DNA from: Erythrobacter sp. SD-21
Lineage (GTDB): Bacteria > Pseudomonadota > Alphaproteobacteria > Sphingomonadales > Sphingomonadaceae
Length of the DNA stretch: 24,000 nt
NCBI RefSeq assembly: GCF_000181515.1
Contig: NZ_ABCG01000004.1
Coordinates: forward strand, 1-24,000
Reading direction: 5' to 3'
This document shows, piece after piece, positions 6,953 to 13,695 of the stretch (the first letter of the stretch is position 1; each line of letters opens with the position of its first letter). Both the position numbers and the translations under genes were made by a program. Under the pieces are notes generated by a model. That model saw nothing but the letters and a program-made list of their open reading frames with translations. It ran no database searches and was not told the origin of the DNA.

Positions 6953-8608
6953 TTACATTCCCTGCGTGACGCTGGCCGTGTTGCCGTTGCCGTTCTGATT
7001 CACGTATGAGGTGTTGGCATCGCTGTTCTGCGTAACGGTCGCGCTGTTACCCGAACCATCCTGTGCGATATCCGACAGGTTGTCGTTGCCCAGTTGGTTG
7101 ACGTCTGCAGTGTTCCCGAAACCGTCGACCGTACCGTTCTGCGAGAGCCGGCTGGTGTTGCCCGAACCAGACTGCAGGACATCAGCGGTGCTGTTAAAGC
7201 CTGACTGAGTCAGTTCGGACACGTTGAGCGCACCCGACTGGCTGACCGTCGCGGAATTTTCGCTACGGTCACCGCTGACATCGCCAAGCTGGGTGATGAG
7301 CGAGGTCGAACCATCCGAGCCAGCCAACTGCTCGACAAAGGCGCTGTCGTTGCGGCCGGTCTGGTCGATGGTCGAGGTCGCACCGATGCCATCCTGAGTG
7401 ACGTTGGCAGAGTTATTCAGGCCAAGCTGAAGCGAGTTCGAGGTGTTCGCATCGCCCGACTGCAGGACAGTGAGATCGTTGCCCGCGGTGCCCTGGAAAG
7501 CATCGACGATATTGCTGTCGCCGGTCTGATCGATATCGGCAAACGCGCTCTTGTTTTCCTGGACGAGGGCCGAGGTGTTGTCGTCGCCAGTCTGGTTGAC
7601 GTCGGCCACGAGACCGCCATCCGCGTTACCGATGACACCAAAGCCTTCATCGCGCTGCGTGACATTCGATAGATTGCCGCTGCCGTTCTGGTTGACGGTC
7701 GCCATGAAGTTGCTCGAACCATCGTTGTCGAACGTCTGCGTGATGTTGGAAGTGCTCGCACCGTCCTGCGTCACGATGGCGTCCTGCGTCACCGATTCAT
7801 CGCCATTTGCGCGCTGGGTAATGTTCGAGGTCGCGCCGTTAAATTGCGTGACATCGGCATTCAGGTCACTCGTCAGGTTGCCCGTCAGCGACTGGGTGAT
7901 GTTCGACAGCGAACCGCCCGACTGATTGACGCGGGCTACCGCTGTCGGATTCTGACCGCTGGCGTCACTGGCGGTCTGTATGATGTTCGAGGTCGAAGCA
8001 TCCTGTGTGACATAGGCGTTCAGGTTCTTACCCGCGTTCGATCCGGTCTGGATGATGTCCGAGCTCGCATCGCCCGTCTGGTTGACCTGGGCGCGAAGAC
8101 CACCGGTGTAGCCAGGGCCGTCCGAGTTCTGGTCGATATTCGACGAGTTGTTGTCACCGGTCTGCGTGACGCGCGCGGTCTGGTTGAAACCGCCGCCGGC
8201 AGCGATGGTCTGGGTGATGCCGGACATGTTGCTGTTGCCGATCTGGCTGACAGTTGCGTCGGGATCGAAATCGGCAACGCCGGTCGTGCCGTCCTGGCCG
8301 GGTGCGGTGTCCGGATCGTCTTGGTCGATTGTGGAAACGTTGCTGTCACCGTCCTGCGTCACATCGGCAAGGCCGAAGAAAGAGTCTTGGTCGATCGTTG
8401 AACTGTTGCCGGCTCCCGACTGAACATTGCTGGCCGAGTTGCTGTCGCCAGTCTGATCGATATCCGAAGTATTGGAACCGCTCTGTGAAACAGTTGCGCC
8501 GTTGGCATTGCCGGTCTGGTCGACGTCGCTGGTATTGCTTTGCGCCGCTGCCGGAGCTGCAATGCTGAGGGCCAGTACGCTGGCGCCTGTCATGATAGTT
8601 TTTTTCAT
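6953..8608 (-). CDS. Giant curlin-repeat protein, paralogue 2 (551 aa)
   Basis: MKKTIMTGASVLALSIAAPAAA|QS signal peptide, RBS AAGGTGAG, curlin half-repeats throughout, C-terminus NGNGNTASVTQGM. The central block ITQTFDNDGSSNFMATVNQNGSGN is collinear with paralogue 1. Confidence 0.88.
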   Translation of the reverse strand: MKKTIMTGASVLALSIAAPAAAQSNTSDVDQTGNANGATVSQSGSNTSDIDQTGDSNSASNVQSGAGNSSTIDQDSFFGLADVTQDGDSNVSTIDQDDPDTAPGQDGTTGVADFDPDATVSQIGNSNMSGITQTIAAGGGFNQTARVTQTGDNNSSNIDQNSDGPGYTGGLRAQVNQTGDASSDIIQTGSNAGKNLNAYVTQDASTSNIIQTASDASGQNPTAVARVNQSGGSLSNITQSLTGNLTSDLNADVTQFNGATSNITQRANGDESVTQDAIVTQDGASTSNITQTFDNDGSSNFMATVNQNGSGNLSNVTQRDEGFGVIGNADGGLVADVNQTGDDNTSALVQENKSAFADIDQTGDSNIVDAFQGTAGNDLTVLQSGDANTSNSLQLGLNNSANVTQDGIGATSTIDQTGRNDSAFVEQLAGSDGSTSLITQLGDVSGDRSENSATVSQSGALNVSELTQSGFNSTADVLQSGSGNTSRLSQNGTVDGFGNTADVNQLGNDNLSDIAQDGSGNSATVTQNSDANTSYVNQNGNGNTASVTQGM

Positions 8609-8718
8609 CTCACCTTCTTCACGTTTAAGTGCTTGTTATTATTTGCGACTTAATTGGTACTGCGGGGTTTTCCGTGCCGCTTGCCTGTCACACTCTGTTG
8701 CGTTCGCAGTGCGAGAAG

Positions 8719-8749
8719 GCGGGAGCGTGCCGCGCTGGCACACCCCCGC
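8719..8749 (-). other. Interrupted GC-rich hairpin after giant curlin 3
   Basis: GCGGG(8719-8723)/CCCGC(8745-8749) enclose GTGCC(8727-8731)/GGCAC(8737-8741). An AT-rich stretch follows at 8609-8660, upstream of paralogue 2. Confidence 0.35.
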
Positions 8750-8756
8750 TCTTTCC

Positions 8757-10412
8757 TCAGTTCTGCGCTACGGTTGCGCTGTTGCCTGCACCGTCTTGAG
8801 CAATGGTGGAGACGTTCGAGCTTCCACCCTGCGTAACCAGCGCACTATTCAAGTCGCCCGACTGGGTGATCGTGCTCCGGTTCAGATCGCCGGAATCGAT
8901 CAGCGTGGCCAAGTTGTCGTGGCCGTCCTGCATAATCAGCGAGTAACCGTTGGTGCCGGTCTGCAAGCTGGAAGCGCTGTTGCCCGACACGGCCGGATCG
9001 CCCAGCGTGTTGGTCTGGCCGATCGTGCTGGCGTTGCCCGAACCTTCCTGCGTGATGCTGGCCTCCATCTGGCGCGCGGGACCACCGTTTGCGGCGCTAT
9101 CCGAATACTGGTTGATGGTGGCGGTGTTCGAGGCGCCGACCTGATCGACAGCGGCGCTCGAAAAGTTCGAGTAGCCGGTCTGGCTGACATTGCTGACCAG
9201 ATTGTCACCGACCTGGCTGACGAAGGCCGAGCCGAAGTTGGCCGACTGCGTTACGCTCGAGTAGTTGTCGAAACCATCCTGCGTGACACCGACCATCGCT
9301 ACGTCGCCGTCACCGTCAAACTCGCCGGCTGCGTTATCGAGGCCCGGCTGATCGACGATGCTTGTGTTACGCTCGCCGTACTGTTCGACAGCAGCCACGT
9401 TCTGCGAACCGAACTGCGTAATGGTCGAATTGTTGTCCGTACCGTCTTGGAGAAGGTCCAGCTGCTGCAAACTGGTCAGCCGGTTTGGCGAACCCTGAGT
9501 CGCGTTGCTGACATTGGTGGTGCCATCCTGCGAAATGTTTGCAGTGGCTGAGGCACCCTGCTGCGTCAGGTTGGACGAGTTGCCCGTGCCGCTCTGCGAA
9601 ACGAAGCCGTCGTTGTACTGGCCCGTCTGGTCCGTCGTAGCCATGTTGGACGTACCGTTCTGGATGATCGATGCGTCCTGATCGGCGGGGTTTGCCGAAC
9701 TCAGCTGGTTGATCGTGCCGGAATTGCCGGTCCCCGTCTGGCCGATTGTAGCGAAACTGCGCAGTTCGGCGCCGTTGCCGCTGACCTGCTCTTGACGGAT
9801 GACGCCATCGTTGTCGTCGCCGGTCTGGCTGATAGCGCCGCTCGAATACTTGGCCGGATTCTGATCGATGTTTGCCAGATTTCCGTTGCCGTTCTGGACA
9901 ATACCGCCTTCGGCCGCATTGTTGGTGTTACCGATGAAGTTGCCCGTGCCGCGCTGGTCGACATAAGCCTCGTTGAGATCACCGGTCTGGTAGACTTCGG
10001 CCTGCGACGCGCGGCCGGCCTGCGTCACGGAGGCATAGCTGTCCCCGTTCTGGTCCACATATGTGGTCAGTCGGTTGGCATCGCCGCCGTCTCCGTTTTC
10101 CTGCAGAACGTCGGCTTCGGCACTGTCGCCGGCCTGGATCACGGTTGCCCGATTGGTTTTCGAAAGCTCCTGGCCGTTGCCGGTCTGGACAATGTCGACA
10201 TCGCCGTTGCTGCCGGACTGATCGACGACTGCGTCGTTGAACTGCGAGCTCTGGTCGATGTCGGACGTGTTGTCCGAACCGGTCTGCGTCACATCGGCGC
10301 TGAGATCGTTGCCGTTCTGATCGATATCGGACTGATTGTTGCTTTGTGCAGCTGCCGGAGCCGCGATGCCGAGCGCGAGTGCGCTGGCGCTGGTGAGTAT
10401 AATCTTTTTCAT
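8757..10412 (-). CDS. Giant curlin-repeat protein, paralogue 3 (551 aa)
   Basis: Start at MKKIILTSASALALGIAAPAAA|QS, preceded by AGGAGG (the track start at 10448 is upstream of the RBS). Curlin half-repeats throughout; C-terminus DGAGNSATVAQN. Confidence 0.87.
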   Translation of the reverse strand: MKKIILTSASALALGIAAPAAAQSNNQSDIDQNGNDLSADVTQTGSDNTSDIDQSSQFNDAVVDQSGSNGDVDIVQTGNGQELSKTNRATVIQAGDSAEADVLQENGDGGDANRLTTYVDQNGDSYASVTQAGRASQAEVYQTGDLNEAYVDQRGTGNFIGNTNNAAEGGIVQNGNGNLANIDQNPAKYSSGAISQTGDDNDGVIRQEQVSGNGAELRSFATIGQTGTGNSGTINQLSSANPADQDASIIQNGTSNMATTDQTGQYNDGFVSQSGTGNSSNLTQQGASATANISQDGTTNVSNATQGSPNRLTSLQQLDLLQDGTDNNSTITQFGSQNVAAVEQYGERNTSIVDQPGLDNAAGEFDGDGDVAMVGVTQDGFDNYSSVTQSANFGSAFVSQVGDNLVSNVSQTGYSNFSSAAVDQVGASNTATINQYSDSAANGGPARQMEASITQEGSGNASTIGQTNTLGDPAVSGNSASSLQTGTNGYSLIMQDGHDNLATLIDSGDLNRSTITQSGDLNSALVTQGGSSNVSTIAQDGAGNSATVAQN

Positions 10413-10434
10413 TTGGTCCTCCTGTTGAACGTAG

Positions 10435-10463
10435 CGAGGCGGAAGCACAGGGCCCCCGCCTCG
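10435..10463 (-). other. GC-rich intercistronic hairpin between giant curlins 4 and 3
   Basis: CGAGGCGG(10435-10442) and CCGCCTCG(10456-10463) form an 8-bp perfect stem with a 13-nt loop. No U-tract. Confidence 0.4.
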
Positions 10464-10469
10464 ATCTGG

Positions 10470-11831
10470 TTAATTGCCCTGCGTGACAGTGGCCGTGTTG
10501 CCGGTGCCGTTCTGCGCAACCGACGAGTAATCGGATGTGCCCGTCTGAGTGACGGTCGCTGCGTTACCCGTTCCGTTTTGATCAATATAAGACTCGTTGT
10601 TGGAACCGGATTGATCGACCAGCGCGGAGTTTCCGTCGCCGTTTTGCATGATCGAGCTGTATTCGCTCGACCCGTTCTGCAGCACATTTGCGAACTGGTT
10701 GGCACCGTCCTGCAGGATGTTGCTTACATCCGCGCTGCCAAGCTGTTCGACGATTGCCGAATTGTCCGAACCGGCGCCGCCGATCTGCTGGATATCGCTG
10801 ATGTTGCTGCCGCCGGACTGCGTAACGAGAGCTGTGGAATCGCGGCGCTGATCGATGGCGCTCGTGTTGCCGTCACCGGACTGAATGACGGTAGCCGAGT
10901 TATCTCGGCCGACATCGGTTGGGCTGGGCGGAGCAAGGCCTTCGCCCTGAGTGACGAGACTGCCGTTGCCATTCCCGGACTGCGTTATCGAAGCAAAGTT
11001 CGAAGTGTCCTGGATCAGGTTGCTGTCATTGCCATCACCGGTCTGGCTGACGGTGGCATCGTTGAACTGGTCCTGGAACAGGTTGCTGTCGTTATCGCTA
11101 CCCGACTGCAAAACCGTGCCGGTGTTGCCTTGGCGGTACTGGTCGACATCGGAGAAGTTGTTCGATGCCGACTGCGTAACGATGAGCGAGTTGGCCTGAC
11201 GGGACTGATCTACGTCGGAAATGTTGTTCGTTCCCGACTGGATCACGTCCACGCGGGAGGCAGGATCGAATTCCACGCCATTCACGCCGGTGTAATCCTG
11301 GTTGATGGTGGAGCGGTGGCCAGTACCCTCCTGCGAGTTGTAGGCCGCTGCGCCGGTGATCCCGCCGGCAGAGTCGTCCTGGACCATGGTCGACTGGTTG
11401 TCGCTTCCGTTCTGGATGACCCGCGCGTTATTGGCATAACCCGAAGGTACGGTGCTGTCGGCATCCGTATCGGCAGGATCGTAGCTCGAAACCTGAGTGA
11501 TGTTGGCAATGTTCGACTGTCCACCGGGATTATCGTTGTTTTGTTCGACACGGGCCCGGCTGTTATCGCCGTCCTGATCGATAATCGATTCGTTCGATGG
11601 TGTGTTGAACGGTGTGGAGCCGACCGGGTTTTCGGTCTGTGTTACTTCGACGAAGTTATCGTCGCCGTCCTGATCGACATCGGAGAGGTTCTCGTTGCCC
11701 TGCTGGCTGACGGTGGCCGAGTTGTCCTCGCCGTTCTGCCAGATGTCGGAGGTTTGAACCTGTTGGGCAGACGCCGGAGCAGCAGCGATAAGCGCAACGA
11801 TCGAAGCGCCTGTAAGGATCGTATTCTTCAT
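10470..11831 (-). CDS. Giant curlin-repeat protein, paralogue 4 (453 aa)
   Basis: Start at MKNTILTGASIVALIAAAPASA|QQ (ATG 11831, AAGGTGA upstream). About 33 half-repeats by hand count. C-terminus NGTGNTATVTQGN. No Lys or Cys seen in the mature part. Confidence 0.87.
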   Translation of the reverse strand: MKNTILTGASIVALIAAAPASAQQVQTSDIWQNGEDNSATVSQQGNENLSDVDQDGDDNFVEVTQTENPVGSTPFNTPSNESIIDQDGDNSRARVEQNNDNPGGQSNIANITQVSSYDPADTDADSTVPSGYANNARVIQNGSDNQSTMVQDDSAGGITGAAAYNSQEGTGHRSTINQDYTGVNGVEFDPASRVDVIQSGTNNISDVDQSRQANSLIVTQSASNNFSDVDQYRQGNTGTVLQSGSDNDSNLFQDQFNDATVSQTGDGNDSNLIQDTSNFASITQSGNGNGSLVTQGEGLAPPSPTDVGRDNSATVIQSGDGNTSAIDQRRDSTALVTQSGGSNISDIQQIGGAGSDNSAIVEQLGSADVSNILQDGANQFANVLQNGSSEYSSIMQNGDGNSALVDQSGSNNESYIDQNGTGNAATVTQTGTSDYSSVAQNGTGNTATVTQGN

Positions 11832-11869
11832 GACTTGCATCACCTTTTGATCAAGGCGATACTCAAGGA

Positions 11870-11962
11870 TCACGACGGCGCAGAAGACGCCGAGTGGCTT
11901 AGGTATCGCAGCCTACATTTCTGCACGCATCGGAGTTGCCGCTCCTTTGCGTGCGTTTTTTT
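11870..11962 (+). ncRNA. Candidate small RNA (~90 nt), antisense to the csgG/curlin-4 intergenic region
   Basis: The + strand has TTGCAT(11835-11840), a 17-nt spacer and GATACT(11858-11863). Downstream is a strong + oriented terminator. No + strand CDS is present. Prediction only. Confidence 0.25.
11923..11962 (+). terminator. Strong intrinsic terminator oriented on the + strand, inside a - strand operon
   Basis: GCACGCA(11923-11929) pairs with TGCGTGC(11948-11954), with an inner GGAG/CTCC stem. It is followed by G and then TTTTTTT(11956-11962). On the - strand the hairpin is followed by AGAAAUG, with no U-tract. Confidence 0.6.
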
Positions 11963-11999
11963 GCGGCCCAGTAGCGTGTTTCACGCTTCTTAATCTGGT

Positions 12000-12026
12000 C
12001 CCGCCGTCCGGAGGCCGACCGGCGGG
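12000..12026 (-). other. GC-rich hairpin 14 nt downstream of the csgG stop
   Basis: CCCGCCG(12000-12006) pairs with CGGCGGG(12020-12026). No U-tract on the - strand. Confidence 0.35.
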
Positions 12027-12039
12027 AATTCGTTGTGCG

Positions 12040-13014
12040 TCAGGAGCCGGTGCGGCTCCCGCGGCCTTCGTCGCGTTCGACTACCTCGAGGGCGGTCAGC
12101 GATCCGGCGCGGCGAACGGCGTTCTGTACGTCGCGCGCGTCGTAGACGCCGTCCCGCTCGGCGCGGTAGGTCGACATGAGCGGCTGGGCCGCCTGCATGT
12201 CGGCAAACCGCCACAGGTCGAGTTCGACGCCTTCGAGGACCAGGCCATAAACGGCCTTTTCGATCGCCTGCTGGAGGGCTATCTGGTCGGGTTCGTTGGT
12301 GGTGATCCCCCATTCGGCTTCGAGCAATTCCTTGAATCCGACGAATTTGTACGTGCTCAGTCCGACTGCCTTGCTGGCAATGGTCTTCGAGGCCGTCACA
12401 TTGGTGAGAACCTCGCCGGTGCGGACGGAGACCGCCCGCAGGTACACCGTTACAGTGTCCTGACGGTATTCGGTCCGGCCGCCAATGCCGAGGAAGGCTG
12501 CGCCGGCGCCGCCGGTCACGGTGTTGGTGTCGTAGCCGACGATCCCGCCTTCGAGCAGGACCCCGGCGAACATGAGCGCGGGCAGTGCGCTGGCGTCGAC
12601 TTCTTCCTCGCCGAGGTAGCGCTTGCGCATCTCGGTGATGATCTGGCGTTCCTTCAGGAGGTTATCGAGGCGTTCGCGTTCCACCACGGTGAACCAGTCG
12701 CGCGAGCCGGCATCCTGGAGGGCCTTCACGAGGATCGAACTTGCCCCTTGCGTGACGGCGCGTGACAGCGTTTGCCCGGCCTCGGTGGGCTTGAACTGCC
12801 CGGTCTGGTCGGTGAAACCGTAGACGGCAATCGCCACCTGGCGTTCCGGCGCGGGCAACTGCTGCAGCAGGCTTTGTGTCTGGGTCTGCTTGGGGAAATA
12901 GGCGAGGCTGGTTTCTTCCGGCAGCAGGTCGCGGCCGTCGTCACCGAGCGTGGTGCACCCACCCAGTAGCGAGGCGGCTGCCGCGAGGCAGCAGGTCAGT
13001 CCGATGCGGGCCAT
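12040..13014 (-). CDS. csgG: Curli production assembly/transport outer-membrane lipoprotein CsgG
   Basis: 324 aa. Lipobox LLGGC|TT. The block AIAVYGFTDQTGQFKP...TLSRAVTQGASSILVKAL is characteristic of the CsgG family. Its start shares 1 nt with the csgF stop (TGATG). Confidence 0.92.
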   Translation of the reverse strand: MARIGLTCCLAAAASLLGGCTTLGDDGRDLLPEETSLAYFPKQTQTQSLLQQLPAPERQVAIAVYGFTDQTGQFKPTEAGQTLSRAVTQGASSILVKALQDAGSRDWFTVVERERLDNLLKERQIITEMRKRYLGEEEVDASALPALMFAGVLLEGGIVGYDTNTVTGGAGAAFLGIGGRTEYRQDTVTVYLRAVSVRTGEVLTNVTASKTIASKAVGLSTYKFVGFKELLEAEWGITTNEPDQIALQQAIEKAVYGLVLEGVELDLWRFADMQAAQPLMSTYRAERDGVYDARDVQNAVRRAGSLTALEVVERDEGRGSRTGS

Positions 13015-13439
13015 CAGTTCACCTCGATGAATAGCGGAACCACGATGCGGGTTTCTTCGCCCGTATCGTCATTGGTGATGATGAGCGTCACGGAATCGAG
13101 CGATCGGAAGAACGAGATCGTCTGGCCGCCAAAGCTGATGACCCCGCTTTCCTGCGGATCGTCACCGAAGATGGCGTCGACGATTTGCGACGACAGCGCC
13201 GAAAGCAGGCGGGATTGCAATTGGCGGGCGAAAATATCGGCTTGCGAATTGGTGCTGGCCGCATTCGGGTCCTTGGTCTTGTTCTGCGCATTCGCAATGC
13301 CGAGGATGTGGTTGGAATTGAACGGATTGCCGCCGAATGTCGGGCTTATCGGTTCGTGGACGATGTCCTGTGCATTGGCCGGGACCGCAACACATGCCGC
13401 ACCCGCGCCAATAATAGCCCAAAGGCCTCTCGAAGTCAT
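13014..13439 (-). CDS. csgF: Curli assembly component CsgF
   Basis: 141 aa with a signal peptide ending PANA|QD. The mature N-terminus IVHEPISPTFGGNPFNSNHILGIANAQNK matches the conserved CsgF N-terminal motif that inserts into the CsgG channel. Strong SD GAGGGGGG. Immediately upstream of csgG. Confidence 0.88.
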   Translation of the reverse strand: MTSRGLWAIIGAGAACVAVPANAQDIVHEPISPTFGGNPFNSNHILGIANAQNKTKDPNAASTNSQADIFARQLQSRLLSALSSQIVDAIFGDDPQESGVISFGGQTISFFRSLDSVTLIITNDDTGEETRIVVPLFIEVN

Positions 13440-13619
13440 GTACCCCCCTCAAAAACTCTCATGCCGCACAGATCATGCGGCGAACGAACGCTCTGAAAAA
13501 ACAAGGCGAATCGTTATGTGCCGGTTAACATGTATGAATCGAGGGGGGCTGTGAAGGGGGGTGCCGGGAGAACGTCCCGATATGGAACGCCTTTTTTCTT
13601 ATCCCTTTCTTTCAATAGG

Positions 13620-13648
13620 TTATGCTGGGGATATCGCTGCCCTTGCAA
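13620..13648 (-). promoter_or_regulatory. Possible sigma70-type promoter for csgFG
   Basis: On the - strand: TTGCAA(13648-13643), a 17-nt spacer, GCATAA(13625-13620). This would give a ~170-nt leader. Hexamer match only. Confidence 0.2.
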
Positions 13649-13670
13649 CGCGAAACTGGGATTTCTTCGG

Positions 13671-13695
13671 AAATTTCGAAACGTTTCGCGAAATA
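13671..13695. promoter_or_regulatory. Palindromic operator-like site upstream of csgF (LacI-family-like AAACGTTT core)
   Basis: CGAAACGTTTCG is a perfect 12-bp palindrome at 13677-13688. It is embedded in AAATTTCGAAACGTTTCGCGAAATA. The adjacent GAAATTTC (13670-13677) is also palindromic. Confidence 0.4.

Larger units (their letters stand above)
4151..11831 (-). repeat. Coding tandem-repeat region: five consecutive curlin-repeat genes with ~33-bp (11-codon) degenerate periodicity
   Basis: The recurring protein motif x-phi-x-Q-x-G-x-x-N-x spans 7.7 kb. At DNA level the units are degenerate: the signal-peptide regions of paralogues 1 and 3 already differ at many synonymous sites. Confidence 0.8.

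Noticed and set aside
4151-11831. The regular ~33-bp periodicity could be mistaken for a CRISPR array or a non-coding satellite.
   Set aside because: The units are degenerate at DNA level and have no alternating exact repeat/unique spacer structure. They sit in long open frames with signal peptides and RBSs and translate to the curlin motif. No cas genes are present.
5039-11831. Alternative identity for the giant repeat proteins: RTX-type calcium-binding proteins, ice-nucleation proteins or autotransporter adhesins.
   Set aside because: There is no GGxGxD nonapeptide, no 16-residue AGYGSTxT-type repeat, and no C-terminal beta-barrel translocator or T1SS signal. The Q-x-G-x-x-N-x-A/S-x-phi-x-Q periodicity and the adjacency to csgF/csgG favour curlin.
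9792-11993. 733-aa + strand ORF spanning two curlin genes and their spacer. Similar long + ORFs occur at 5081-5605, 5624-6301, 6578-7009, 7844-8401 and 8472-9551.
   Set aside because: These are antisense shadow ORFs. The curlin genes use a narrow set of GC3-rich codons (GAC, CAG, GGC, AAC, ACC...) whose complements rarely form stop codons. The translations are Val/Leu/Arg/Asp-rich low-complexity strings with no RBS or signal. The sense-strand products have signal peptides, SDs and a recognisable family.
11947-12765. 272-aa + strand ORF antisense to csgG. Equivalent ORFs are 14578-16074 (498 aa) antisense to gluP, 16023-16772 and 16965-18551 (528 aa) antisense to the GH3 gene, and 20206-21477 (423 aa) antisense to the lacI-family gene and TBDR.
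   Set aside because: These are typical high-GC shadow ORFs. Their composition is Arg/Asp/Gly/Ala-rich and unprotein-like, with no start context. The opposite strand encodes clearly recognisable protein families.
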